Of a stretch of DNA of 64,000 nucleotides, positions 34,822-48,100 are shown one piece after another. The stretch's first letter is position 1; every line of letters begins with the position of its first letter. Position numbers and translations under genes: made by a program. The notes below the pieces were generated by a model. It searched no databases. It was not told the DNA's origin and saw nothing but the letters and a program-made list of their open reading frames with translations. The DNA comes from Cyanophora paradoxa CCMP329 (lineage: Eukaryota; Plantae; Glaucophyta), in the NCBI GenBank assembly GCA_004431415.1, contig QPMI01000679.1, positions 95,197 to 159,196 on the forward strand. The letters run 5' to 3'.

Positions 34822-37800
34822 ATGGAGTGGACCTCCAGCTCATCTCCCAACCCCCTTCTGGCGGGCCGCGCGGCGGGTGGTGGCCTCGTGGGCGGCCTCG
34901 GGGCGGCTCCGGCCTTGAGCTTGTCCCCGCCCCTCCCCTCCCCGGGCCCCGCCCCTCCCCCGGCCCCGCCCCTCCCCCGGGCCCGTCCCTCCCCCGGGCC
35001 CGCCCCTCCCCCGGGCCCGTCCTCCCCCGGCCCGCCCCTCCCCCGGGCCCGCCCTCCCCCGGGCCCGCCCTCCCCCGGGCCCGCCCCTCCCCCCGCCCCC
35101 CCCCTCCCCCGGCCCGCCCTCCCCCGGGCCCGCCCCTCCCCCGGGCCCGCCCCTCCCCGGGCCGCCCTCCCCCGCCCCCCCCCTCCCCCGGCCCCGCCCC
35201 TCCCCCGGCCCGTCCCTCCCCCGGCCCCGCCCTCCCCCGGCCCGCCCCCCCCCGGCCCTGTCCCTCCCCTCCCCCCGGCCCGGTGCGCGGCGCGGGAGGC
35301 GGCGCGGGAGGCGGCGCGGGAGGCGGCGCGGGAGGCGGCGCGGGAGGCGGCACGGGAGGCGGCGCGGCGGGTGGCGCCCTGGACGGCGCAGCGGGCGGCG
35401 ACGCTGGTGGCGCTGGCAGAAGGCGACAAGCACATGCACCCTTCGAGATCTGTGCGTTTCTCTGTGAAATCTGCACGCCGCCTCTTTGTCTTATCATGTT
35501 TGCAGATCTGGACCCCCAAGTGCATTATGTGGAGGACATCATCGTCGACCTGCCCCCTGCCAGATGCTTGCGTGCACTGCGCAACCTGTTTGTGGGCACA
35601 AAGGGAGCGTTTCGAGGCCCCAAATTTCAGAGTTGTGTTGATTGGCTTGATGAGGTGCTCTGCAGCTCAAAGAATTGATCGAATGGAATCTAAGACCAAC
35701 TTATCCAGGTGACAGAAGCGGCTCGGCAAGCTCAGGCGAACGCTTGTCGGTTGCAGTTTCGAGGTGAACCAGCAAAGAACCGGACACGGACACTGGAGGA
35801 TCTCCATGCTCTGAAGCACTTCATGAGCACTGTGCGTCCTCGATCTTCTTTAGCTTGAGATTCGCCATGAGATACTGCATTTAGGTCGCACTCGAATCGC
35901 CAAGCCTTCAGCGCACCGGTCCCGACCCTCATCCAGATGCTGATATAGCTGCTGGCGACAAGGAAGATACCTCAAGCTCTTCTCAACTCGATGAGCTCAT
36001 TGATATGGACGTAAGCATCTATCTATCTTGGCCAGTTGAAGCACGGCACTCACTGCAGGCACAGTGTGCATTTCTGGGCCTTGGCGTGCCAGGGGCGCAC
36101 GGTGAGTTTGCAGTGGATACGGACCTTCGAGCCAGGCACTACGACTGGCTAAAGGCCCGGGTGACGAGCTTCTATACCAACAAGATCTACATCCGTGAGA
36201 GACGACTGCGAGAGATAGATCTGGCACGTGTCCATGCCAGCTTGCCTCGTGCTTCTTCTGCTTACTTGCTGCCCGGTCAGGTCATCTTGTCTCTGGACTT
36301 TCAGGAGGGCAAGGATGACACAAGTACTAGCGATGACAAACGATCATACGCTGTTGAATCGAAGATGTTCCTATCGCTCTGGATAGAGGTGTTCTTCTAC
36401 GGGCGATCGAGCAATTCATCACTCGATTTCTACAGTACGTCCCCTTCAAATCACTGCATTCTATTTTGAAAACCGAAATGTGATGCAGCCCCTGATGATG
36501 GCGAGATCCGCTCAGCTGCTGCTGTGCTCACACAGCTTCTGGCCCTGCGGCCAGGAGACGCTGAGTTGGACCGTGAGCCTGCACGGGCACAAGGTCTTGC
36601 AAATGCTTTCATGGAGGTGCACGATGCTTTCATGCTCTGTCTTTTCGTAACATGTTCTTAATTTTATATTAGGTCACAAACGGACAGTCTGAAATCAACC
36701 TTCTGCGTATGCAAGCGACTCTCGGGCTCAGCCAGCAAGCAATGTACCTTGGCACGAAGGAAGAAATGAAGGGCCAGTTCCGCAGTCTCGCTCAATCAGT
36801 GCACGCAGCACAGCAGCAGACACGGGAAGGCGAATCACTCCAGCTGTGGTATGCATCCGGGGGGGGGGGGGGGGCGGAGGGGGGTAAAGTTTTTTTTCTT
36901 ACCAATGGCGACGCAGGCTTCATGCATGTGTGGAGCTTGCAGCAGCAGCTGCAGAGGCCGCGTTGGTGGAAGAGTTGCCACGTGGGAAAGGGCGGAAGCG
37001 CAAGGCGCAGGACGATCTCGTGTCGTACCCGGAGGTGAAGAAGCTTCTTCGGAAGTGCAACGCGTACGGAGGCAACAGGGATGTCGGTCGTGGCGGCAAG
37101 ATTGCAAGCGATGTGCAGGTCCTGCAGGCTGTTCGGAAGAGCGGCAAGGAGCTTCTTCGCCTTCTTGCAGGGCCGGCAAGCAGCATATCAGTCGGCATTA
37201 TCTTCTCAGACCTTGTCCGCAAATCGCGTTTTCGGCGGTGGGCGACAATTGCCAACCAGCTCATATTCAAAGGCCTTGTAGATCTAGCCAAGGCATTCGA
37301 CGACGAGGAGCACGGCAACGCAAGGCGGGCGCGAGCAGCGTGGGAGGCCGCGCGGCAAGCAGGTCAAGACCCAGGCCCGGCTCCCGAACAGGCGCCAAGT
37401 CCAATGGAGGTTCGACTACCCCCCCCTCCAACCCCCCTCCCCTTCGCTACGCGTACCCCCCCCCCCCCGACACGTGGAGCTGATGCGCGTACCCTGCCGT
37501 TCTCCACAGGCGTGCCACGAGGCAATGGGAAACCCTGCCGTTCTCCACCACGAAGCGCCGGCGAACGAGCTCTTCACCCGGCTGCGCATGAAGCCAGAGC
37601 TGGCGGTGCGTGCGAGGGGTACGAAGACGACGCCACAGAAGGGGTTACTGAACTCTAATTCCGGTGCAGGAGAAATACGGTACAGGTCGCGCAGCGGAGA
37701 ACAGCTTTCAGGCTCTGAAGCAAGTGGCTGCAGTGCTGGAACAGATGGGCTCCAAGTCAGATGTTCTAACACACCGGATGCTGAATGGGGGCAACGACTC

Positions 37801-38974
37801 TGGAGAGGAGTACCCCGAGGTGGACGAACTCGGCGCGACGGCATACAGGAGAACTACACGGAAAGTCCAACAGGTACGAGCAACGGTTATCGCAAATGCT
37901 CAAGCTCACGAGAAACTCAGCCAAACGGCGCGGGACAATTGGTCGATGTGGACATCGATGTTGAGGCGTATGTGCCTCCGCCATACACGAGGCGAAACAA
38001 GCCTCTATGGCTAGGCACACCTGAGCGGCCTATTCCGACACCCATCCTGTCCTGCTTGTACAGACGGTCCGCGTACCCCCCTTCTCTTTTCTTTCTTTTC
38101 CTTTGTTTCTTTTCCTTCTTATTTCCCTTCTCCCGCTGAACGTGCTCTGACTTGGGCGCGTCGCAGCGTGGCGAACACCGAGAACCGATACTTCAACGCG
38201 CTGAGCAATACCCTGAAGGCGAAACTGCACTGGTTCCCTGCAATGTCACGGGAGGAAGGAGGCTCCAGATCGGTACGGGGGAGCATCGCCGTGGTCGCAA
38301 CCGCGATACGGGACGCGAGGGCAGCGAGCCCCGCAGCACGTGCGTACGTCGAGAAGCTGGCTCGCCTACCGCCAAACGACGGTGCACTGGAGTGCACGGC
38401 CACGCAAGGTGCCGCGCGCTGCAGCGTCTCCAGTCAAGTGCACCGGCTTGATGTACCGGGAACAACACCGGAGGCAACAATGGTTATCCTCCGGGGCTTC
38501 ACCAATCTCGAGTGGGACCACTGGCCGTGCGCCTCTTCCTTTTTCTACTTGTGGTTTCCTTTTTTCTGTCCATGGATATCAGTAACCACTCTTGCTGATT
38601 GCCTCGAGCTCATATATATCACGAGCAGAGTCACCATCAAGAGTCACGCCGCTGCATTAGTGCAGGCCCTCCTTCAGCTCTCGGAGCCTGTGCATGATAT
38701 GACCTTCCACACGACCGCTGGCTCCATCTTCAAGGCAAGATGCCGAGCTGACCGCGTGCTCGAGATTCTTTTCTCGCCTCGATGGGGTCGGGTGGTATGC
38801 GCCGGGCACCACCAGCGCAGCCCAATGGACTGCGCACCATTTGTTGCGGTTGCGAAAGAATGGTTCCGCAAGCCGCTAGTGGCCGAGGAGGATCGGTTTG
38901 CTGACCCAGGTAGACTAGATGAGCTAGTGGAGCGGTGCAAGCAGTTTGTAGGGCCGCAGTTGAACTTCCAGTGA
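34822..38974 (+). CDS. Large intron-containing cargo protein of unknown function (roughly 1000+ aa) with N-terminal (PPGPAP)n and (GGGA)n repeats
   Basis: Exons join largely in frame through about 11-12 short introns: MEWTSS..; LDPQVHYVEDIIVDLPPARCLRALRNLF..DWLDE | VTEAARQ..HFMST | VALESP..LIDMD | AQCAFLG..; WLHACVELAAAAAEAALVEE..PSPME | ACHEAMG..; EKYGTG..RKVQQ | PNGAGQLVDVDIDVEAYVPPP..; VANTENRYFNAL..EWDHWP | VTIKSH..GPQLNFQ*. Alternative start at 34767. Confidence 0.75.
34926..35370 (+). repeat. C-rich 18-bp repeat (cccgggcccgcccctccc) followed by 12-bp repeat (ggcgcgggaggc); present in each array unit
   Basis: Unit lengths are multiples of 3, compatible with Pro-rich and Gly-rich coding; run-length differences between copies look like sequencing error. 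Confidence 0.9.
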
Positions 38975-39846
38975 GCGTAGAGTTCTTGAGCGCCTTGCAA
39001 TTTTGTGGAGCAAGTCAAATTTCGTCGATGTACCCCAGAGCCTTCGCTTTTAAGCCACCGAGCCCCCAAGTTTAGGGGGGAATGAGTCGGGGGGTACCCC
39101 GACCTTCGAAAGTGAGGCGCGCGGCGTCGACGCAAAGCTCGCGCAAAGCTCGCGCATAGCGCTTCGCAGCGCGCGCGCCGTGCTCAGCCCCGCGGCGCCA
39201 CGCCCGCCCCGCAGGCGACTTCGCCGCGCCCGCGCACGCGAGGAGTACACATCGCTCGCTTCATCGGCTCACCCGCGGCGCCGGCGGCGCGCTAGCTACA
39301 CGCTTTCGCTTGTCCGAGGTTCACATCATCGAATTCTGCAGCCGTCGCCCCTTCCTCGGCCGCTGTAAGGCGGCGCGCAGGGATTCGATCTCTCAACCAT
39401 GGCGTCGCCCGGCGGGCCCAGCGCAAGCAGCTCTGAGTCAGTAGGTACGTCCCGGAACCGCCCCTCGGACCTGCCTGGGCGCGCTTTCTTCCGATCCTTC
39501 TAAAAAGCGTGTTTTCGGAGCGAAATTTTGGCACTATGTTCACTATGCCCGCCGGCCGTGGGCTCGGATCTGGCCGGGGCCTTTTTCAAGCGATCGCCGG
39601 CGCCGCGTCCGTCGTCCGACGGTTCGCGCTGGCGATCGCCCCGGAGTACTCGGTACCAGGGCCTAGCGATCGCCGGAGCGATGAGAAGGCTCTCTGACCG
39701 GCGATCGCTTGCGCAGGAGCTGCTTCAAGTTCGTCGCACCAGCCAACGCCAACGCCTGCAGTGCGTGCCCGCCTCCCGTAGCGCTGCGAGCTTGCTCGCA
39801 TAGAGATTCTCTATTCAATTGGATCGCTAGATCTGCCCCGCGCATA

Positions 39847-42800
39847 GAGCCTTCTCATTGCTCGGCGATCGCTTTGTGTTCGGCGCCATACCCAGCGAGT
39901 CCGACCTCTAACAAAGAGCTGCTGGGCCGGCGATCGCTTCTGGGTTCTCAGTTCTAACGGTCGCCGCGGGCTTGACGTCCACCGCCTTCTCATTGGCCAA
40001 GCGATCGCTGCTTTTCGGTGTCTTATGCCCGACTGCGCAGCATGTCGACCCCAGGAGCACACTCTTTGGGAGGAAGAGATGGAGTGGACCTCCAGCTCAT
40101 CTCCCAACCCCTTCTGGCGGGCCGCGCGGCGGGTGGTGGCCTCGTGGGCGGCCTCGGGGCGGCTCCGGCCTTGAGCTTGTCCCCGCCCCTCCCCCTCCCC
40201 GGGCCCCGCCCTCCCCCGGCCCCGCCCCTCCCCCGGGCCCGTCCCTCCCCCGGGCCCGCCCCTCCCCCGGGCCCGTCCCTCCCCCGGCCCCGCCCCTCCC
40301 CCGGGCCCGCCCCTCCCCCGGGCCCGCCCCTCCCCCGGGCCCGCCCCTCCCCCCGCCCCCCCCTCCCCCGGCCCCGCCCCTCCCCCGGGCCCGCCCCTCC
40401 CCCGGGCCCGCCCCTCCCCCGGGCCCGCCCCTCCCCCGCCCCCCCCTCCCCCGGCCCCGCCCCTCCCCCGGGCCCGTCCCTCCCCCGGCCCCGCCCCTCC
40501 CCCGGGCCCGCCCCCCCCCGGCCCTGTCCCTCCCCCTCCCCCGGCCCGGTGCGCGGCGCGGGAGGCGGCGCGGGAGGCGGCGCGGGAGGCGGCGCGGGAG
40601 GCGGCGCGGGAGGCGGCACGGGAGGCGGCGCGGCGGGTGGCGCCCTGGACGGCGCAGCGGGCGGCGACGCTGGTGGCGCTGGCAGAAGGCGACAAGCACA
40701 TGCACCCTTCGAGATCTGTGCGTTTCTCTGTGAAATCTGCACGCCGCCTCTTTGTCTTATCATGTTTGCAGATCTGGACCCCCAAGTGCATTATGTGGAG
40801 GACATCATCGTCGACCTGCCCCCTGCCAGATGCTTGCGTGCACTGCGCAACCTGTTTGTGGGCACAAAGGGAGCGTTTCGAGGCCCCAAATTTCAGAGTT
40901 GTGTTGATTGGCTTGATGAGGTGCTCTGCAGCTCAAAGAATTGATCGAATGGAATCTAAGACCAACTTATCCAGGTGACAGAAGCGGCTCGGCAAGCTCA
41001 GGCGAACGCTTGTCGGTTGCAGTTTCGAGGTGAACCAGCAAAGAACCGGACACGGACACTGGAGGATCTCCATGCTCTGAAGCACTTCATGAGCACTGTG
41101 CGTCCTCGATCTTCTTTAGCTTGAGATTCGCCATGAGATACTGCATTTAGGTCGCACTCGAATCGCCAAGCCTTCAGCGCACCGGTCCCGACCCTCATCC
41201 AGATGCTGATATAGCTGCTGGCGACAAGGAAGATACCTCAAGCTCTTCTCAACTCGATGAGCTCATTGATATGGACGTAAGCATCTATCTATCTTGGCCA
41301 GTTGAAGCACGGCACTCACTGCAGGCACAGTGTGCATTTCTGGGCCTTGGCGTGCCAGGGGCGCACGGTGAGTTTGCAGTGGATACGGACCTTCGAGCCA
41401 GGCACTACGACTGGCTAAAGGCCCGGGTGACGAGCTTCTATACCAACAAGATCTACATCCGTGAGAGACGACTGCGAGAGATAGATCTGGCACGTGTCCA
41501 TGCCAGCTTGCCTCGTGCTTCTTCTGCTTACTTGCTGCCCGGTCAGGTCATCTTGTCTCTGGACTTTCAGGAGGGCAAGGATGACACAAGTACTAGCGAT
41601 GACAAACGATCATACGCTGTTGAATCGAAGATGTTCCTATCGCTCTGGATAGAGGTGTTCTTCTACGGGCGATCGAGCAATTCATCACTCGATTTCTACA
41701 GTACGTCCCCTTCAAATCACTGCATTCTATTTTGAAAACCGAAATGTGATGCAGCCCCTGATGATGGCGAGATCCGCTCAGCTGCTGCTGTGCTCACACA
41801 GCTTCTGGCCCTGCGGCCAGGAGACGCTGAGTTGGACCGTGAGCCTGCACGGGCACAAGGTCTTGCAAATGCTTTCATGGAGGTGCACGATGCTTTCATG
41901 CTCTGTCTTTTCGTAACATGTTCTTAATTTTATATTAGGTCACAAACGGACAGTCTGAAATCAACCTTCTGCGTATGCAAGCGACTCTCGGGCTCAGCCA
42001 GCAAGCAATGTACCTTGGCACGAAGGAAGAAATGAAGGGCCAGTTCCGCAGTCTCGCTCAATCAGTGCACGCAGCACAGCAGCAGACACGGGAAGGCGAA
42101 TCACTCCAGCTGTGGTATGCATCCGGGGGGGGGGGGGGGGGGGGGGGGTAAAGTTTTTTTTCTTACCAATGGCGACGCAGGCTTCATGCATGTGTGGAGC
42201 TTGCAGCAGCAGCTGCAGAGGCCGCGTTGGTGGAAGAGTTGCCACGTGGGAAAGGGCGGAAGCGCAAGGCGCAGGACGATCTCGTGTCGTACCCGGAGGT
42301 GAAGAAGCTTCTTCGGAAGTGCAACGCGTACGGAGGCAACAGGGATGTCGGTCGTGGCGGCAAGATTGCAAGCGATGTGCAGGTCCTGCAGGCTGTTCGG
42401 AAGAGCGGCAAGGAGCTTCTTCGCCTTCTTGCAGGGCCGGCAAGCAGCATATCAGTCGGCATTATCTTCTCAGACCTTGTCCGCAAATCGCGTTTTCGGC
42501 GGTGGGCGACAATTGCCAACCAGCTCATATTCAAAGGCCTTGTAGATCTAGCCAAGGCATTCGACGACGAGGAGCACGGCAACGCAAGGCGGGCGCGAGC
42601 AGCGTGGGAGGCCGCGCGGCAAGCAGGTCAAGACCCAGGCCCGGCTCCCGAACAGGCGCCAAGTCCAATGGAGGTTCGACTACCCCCCCCTCCAACCCCC
42701 CCTCCCCCTTCGCTACGCGTACCCCCCCCCCCCCGACACGTGGAGCTGATGCGCGTACCCTGCCGTTCTCCACAGGCGTGCCACGAGGCAATGGGAAACC

Positions 42801-44956
42801 CTGCCGTTCTCCACCACGAAGCGCCGGCGAACGAGCTCTTCACCCGGCTGCGCATGAAGCCAGAGCTGGCGGTGCGTGCGAGGGGTACGAAGACGACGCC
42901 ACAGAAGGGGTTACTGAACTCTAATTCCGGTGCAGGAGAAATACGGTACAGGTCGCGCAGCGGAGAACAGCTTTCAGGCTCTGAAGCAAGTGGCTGCAGT
43001 GCTGGAACAGATGGGCTCCAAGTCAGATGTTCTAACACACCGGATGCTGAATGGGGGCAACGACTCTGGAGAGGAGTACCCCGAGGTGGACGAACTCGGC
43101 GCGACGGCATACAGGAGAACTACACGGAAAGTCCAACAGGTACGAGCAACGGTTATCGCAAATGCTCAAGCTCACGAGAAACTCAGCCAAACGGCGCGGG
43201 ACAATTGGTCGATGTGGACATCGATGTTGAGGCGTATGTGCCTCCGCCATACACGAGGCGAAACAAGCCTCTATGGCTAGGCACACCTGAGCGGCCTATT
43301 CCGACACCCATCCTGTCCTGCTTGTACAGACGGTCCGCGTACCCCCTTCTCTTTTCTTTCTTTTCCTTTGTTTCTTTTCCTTCTTATTTCCCTTCTCCCG
43401 CTGAACGTGCTCTGACTTGGGCGCGTCGCAGCGTGGCGAACACCGAGAACCGATACTTCAACGCGCTGAGCAATACCCTGAAGGCGAAACTGCACTGGTT
43501 CCCTGCAATGTCACGGGAGGAAGGAGGCTCCAGATCGGTACGGGGGAGCATCGCCGTGGTCGCAACCGCGATACGGGACGCGAGGGCAGCGAGCCCCGCA
43601 GCACGTGCGTACGTCGAGAAGCTGGCTCGCCTACCGCCAAACGACGGTGCACTGGAGTGCACGGCCACGCAAGGTGCCGCGCGCTGCAGCGTCTCCAGTC
43701 AAGTGCACCGGCTTGATGTACCGGGAACAACACCGGAGGCAACAATGGTTATCCTCCGGGGCTTCACCAATCTCGAGTGGGACCACTGGCCGTGCGCCTC
43801 TTCCTTTTTCTACTTGTGGTTTCCTTTTTTCTGTCCATGGATATCAGTAACCACTCTTGCTGATTGCCTCGAGCTCATATATATCACGAGCAGAGTCACC
43901 ATCAAGAGTCACGCCGCTGCATTAGTGCAGGCCCTCCTTCAGCTCTCGGAGCCTGTGCATGATATGACCTTCCACACGACCGCTGGCTCCATCTTCAAGG
44001 CAAGATGCCGAGCTGACCGCGTGCTCGAGATTCTTTTCTCGCCTCGATGGGGTCGGGTGGTATGCGCCGGGCACCACCAGCGCAGCCCAATGGACTGCGC
44101 ACCATTTGTTGCGGTTGCGAAAGAATGGTTCCGCAAGCCGCTAGTGGCCGAGGAGGATCGGTTTGCTGACCCAGGTAGACTAGATGAGCTAGTGGAGCGG
44201 TGCAAGCAGTTTGTAGGGCCGCAGTTGAACTTCCAGTGAGCGTAGAGTTCTTGAGCGCCTTGCAATTTTGTGGAGCAAGTCAAATTTCGTCGATGTACCC
44301 CAGAGCCTTCGCTTTTAAGCCACCGAGCCCCCAAGTTTAGGGGGAATGAGTCGGGGGGTACCCCGACCTTCGAAAGTGAGGCGCGCGGCGTCGACGCAAA
44401 GCTCGCGCAAAGCTCGCGCATAGCGCTTCGCAGCGCGCGCGCCGTGCTCAGCCCCGCGGCGCCACGCCCGCCCCGCAGGCGACTTCGCCGCGCCCGCGCA
44501 CGCGAGGAGTACACATCGCTCGCTTCATCGGCTCACCCGCGGCGCCGGCGGCGCGCTAGCTACACGCTTTCGCTTGTCCGAGGTTCACATCATCGAATTC
44601 TGCAGCCGTCGCCCCTTCCTCGGCCGCTGTAAGGCGGCGCGCAGGGATTCGATCTCTCAACCATGGCGTCGCCCGGCGGGCCCAGCGCAAGCAGCTCTGA
44701 GTCAGTAGGTACGTCCCGGAACCGCCCCTCGGACCTGCCTGGGCGCGCTTTCTTCCGATCCTTCTAAAAAGCGTGTTTTCGGAGCGAAATTTTGGCACTA
44801 TGTTCACTATGCCCGCCGGCCGTGGGCTCGGATCTGGCCGGGGCCTTTTTCAAGCGATCGCCGGCGCCGCGTCCGTCGTCCGACGGTTCGCGCTGGCGAT
44901 CGCCCCGGAGTACTCGGTACCAGGGCCTAGCGATCGCCGGAGCGATGAGAAGGCTC
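39847..44956 (+). mobile_element. Non-autonomous Harbinger cargo element, unit 2 (cargo stop at 44239)
   Basis: Near-identical to unit 1, both TIRs present. Confidence 0.9.
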
Positions 44957-45110
44957 TCTGACCGGCGATCGCTTGCGCAGGAGCTGCTTCAAGTTCGTCG
45001 CACCAGCCAACGCCAACGCCTGCAGTGCGTGCCCGCCTCCCGTAGCGCTGCGAGCTTGCTCGCATAGAGATTCTCTATTCAATTGGATCGCTAGATCTGC
45101 CCCGCGCATA

Positions 45111-48100
45111 GAGCCTTCTCATTGCTCGGCGATCGCTTTGTGTTCGGCGCCATACCCAGCGAGTCCGACCTCTAACAAAGAGCTGCTGGGCCGGCGATCG
45201 CTTCTGGGTTCTCAGTTCTAACGGTCGCCGCGGGCTTGACGTCCACCGCCTTCTCATTGGCCAAGCGATCGCTGCTTTTCGGTGTCTTATGCCCGACTGC
45301 GCAGCATGTCGACCCCAGGAGCACACTCTTTGGGGAGGAAGAGATGGAGTGGACCTCCAGCTCATCTCCCAACCCCCTTCTGGCGGGCCGCGCGGCGGGT
45401 GGTGGCCTCGTGGGCGGCCTCGGGGGCGGCTCCGGCCTTGAGCTTGTCCCCGCCCCTCCCCTCCCCGGGCCCCGCCCCTCCCCCGGCCCCGCCCTCCCCC
45501 GGGCCCGTCCCTCCCCCGGGCCCGCCCCTCCCCCGGGCCCGTCCCTCCCCCGGCCCCGCCCCTCCCCCGGGCCCGCCCCTCCCCCGGGCCCGCCCCTCCC
45601 CCGGGCCCGCCCCTCCCCCGCCCCCCCCCTCCCCCGGCCCCGCCCTCCCCCGGGCCCGCCCCTCCCCCGGGCCCGCCCCTCCCCCGGGCCCGCCCCTCCC
45701 CCGCCCCCCCCCTCCCCCGGCCCCGCCCTCCCCCGGGCCCGTCCCTCCCCCGGCCCCGCCCCTCCCCCGGGCCCGCCCCCCCCCGGCCCTGTCCCTCCCC
45801 TCCCCCGGCCCGGTGCGCGGCGCGGGAGGCGGCGCGGGAGGCGGCGCGGGAGGCGGCGCGGGAGGCGGCGCGGGAGGCGGCACGGGAGGCGGCGCGGCGG
45901 GTGGCGCCCTGGACGGCGCAGCGGGCGGCGACGCTGGTGGCGCTGGCAGAAGGCGACAAGCACATGCACCCTTCGAGATCTGTGCGTTTCTCTGTGAAAT
46001 CTGCACGCCGCCTCTTTGTCTTATCATGTTTGCAGATCTGGACCCCCAAGTGCATTATGTGGAGGACATCATCGTCGACCTGCCCCCTGCCAGATGCTTG
46101 CGTGCACTGCGCAACCTGTTTGTGGGCACAAAGGGAGCGTTTCGAGGCCCCAAATTTCAGAGTTGTGTTGATTGGCTTGATGAGGTGCTCTGCAGCTCAA
46201 AGAATTGATCGAATGGAATCTAAGACCAACTTATCCAGGTGACAGAAGCGGCTCGGCAAGCTCAGGCGAACGCTTGTCGGTTGCAGTTTCGAGGTGAACC
46301 AGCAAAGAACCGGACACGGACACTGGAGGATCTCCATGCTCTGAAGCACTTCATGAGCACTGTGCGTCCTCGATCTTCTTTAGCTTGAGATTCGCCATGA
46401 GATACTGCATTTAGGTCGCACTCGAATCGCCAAGCCTTCAGCGCACCGGTCCCGACCCTCATCCAGATGCTGATATAGCTGCTGGCGACAAGGAAGATAC
46501 CTCAAGCTCTTCTCAACTCGATGAGCTCATTGATATGGACGTAAGCATCTATCTATCTTGGCCAGTTGAAGCACGGCACTCACTGCAGGCACAGTGTGCA
46601 TTTCTGGGCCTTGGCGTGCCAGGGGCGCACGGTGAGTTTGCAGTGGATACGGACCTTCGAGCCAGGCACTACGACTGGCTAAAGGCCCGGGTGACGAGCT
46701 TCTATACCAACAAGATCTACATCCGTGAGAGACGACTGCGAGAGATAGATCTGGCACGTGTCCATGCCAGCTTGCCTCGTGCTTCTTCTGCTTACTTGCT
46801 GCCCGGTCAGGTCATCTTGTCTCTGGACTTTCAGGAGGGCAAGGATGACACAAGTACTAGCGATGACAAACGATCATACGCTGTTGAATCGAAGATGTTC
46901 CTATCGCTCTGGATAGAGGTGTTCTTCTACGGGCGATCGAGCAATTCATCACTCGATTTCTACAGTACGTCCCCTTCAAATCACTGCATTCTATTTTGAA
47001 AACCGAAATGTGATGCAGCCCCTGATGATGGCGAGATCCGCTCAGCTGCTGCTGTGCTCACACAGCTTCTGGCCCTGCGGCCAGGAGACGCTGAGTTGGA
47101 CCGTGAGCCTGCACGGGCACAAGGTCTTGCAAATGCTTTCATGGAGGTGCACGATGCTTTCATGCTCTGTCTTTTCGTAACATGTTCTTAATTTTATATT
47201 AGGTCACAAACGGACAGTCTGAAATCAACCTTCTGCGTATGCAAGCGACTCTCGGGCTCAGCCAGCAAGCAATGTACCTTGGCACGAAGGAAGAAATGAA
47301 GGGCCAGTTCCGCAGTCTCGCTCAATCAGTGCACGCAGCACAGCAGCAGACACGGGAAGGCGAATCACTCCAGCTGTGGTATGCATCCGGGGGGGGGGGG
47401 GGGCGGAGGGGGGGTAAAGTTTTTTTTCTTACCAATGGCGACGCAGGCTTCATGCATGTGTGGAGCTTGCAGCAGCAGCTGCAGAGGCCGCGTTGGTGGA
47501 AGAGTTGCCACGTGGGAAAGGGCGGAAGCGCAAGGCGCAGGACGATCTCGTGTCGTACCCGGAGGTGAAGAAGCTTCTTCGGAAGTGCAACGCGTACGGA
47601 GGCAACAGGGATGTCGGTCGTGGCGGCAAGATTGCAAGCGATGTGCAGGTCCTGCAGGCTGTTCGGAAGAGCGGCAAGGAGCTTCTTCGCCTTCTTGCAG
47701 GGCCGGCAAGCAGCATATCAGTCGGCATTATCTTCTCAGACCTTGTCCGCAAATCGCGTTTTCGGCGGTGGGCGACAATTGCCAACCAGCTCATATTCAA
47801 AGGCCTTGTAGATCTAGCCAAGGCATTCGACGACGAGGAGCACGGCAACGCAAGGCGGGCGCGAGCAGCGTGGGAGGCCGCGCGGCAAGCAGGTCAAGAC
47901 CCAGGCCCGGCTCCCGAACAGGCGCCAAGTCCAATGGAGGTTCGACTACCCCCCCCCCCAACCCCCCCTCCCCCTTCGCTACGCGTACCCCCCCCCCCCC
48001 GACACGTGGAGCTGATGCGCGTACCCTGCCGTTCTCCACAGGCGTGCCACGAGGCAATGGGAAACCCTGCCGTTCTCCACCACGAAGCGCCGGCGAACGA

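Larger units (their letters stand above)
34589..39692 (+). mobile_element. Non-autonomous Harbinger-family element with cargo gene, unit 1
   Basis: Shares the first 164 bp and last ~523 bp with the autonomous element; interior unrelated, no transposase motifs seen. Confidence 0.9.

Noticed and set aside
29180-39692. Autonomous element length (5256) almost equals the array period (5257-5267)
   Set aside because: The period includes the spacer and the cargo element itself is about 5.1 kb; no mechanism evident, treated as coincidence.
42194-44239. 681-aa single ORF as the true cargo protein
   Set aside because: It reads through introns and wrong-frame segments by chance indels; other copies break at these points.
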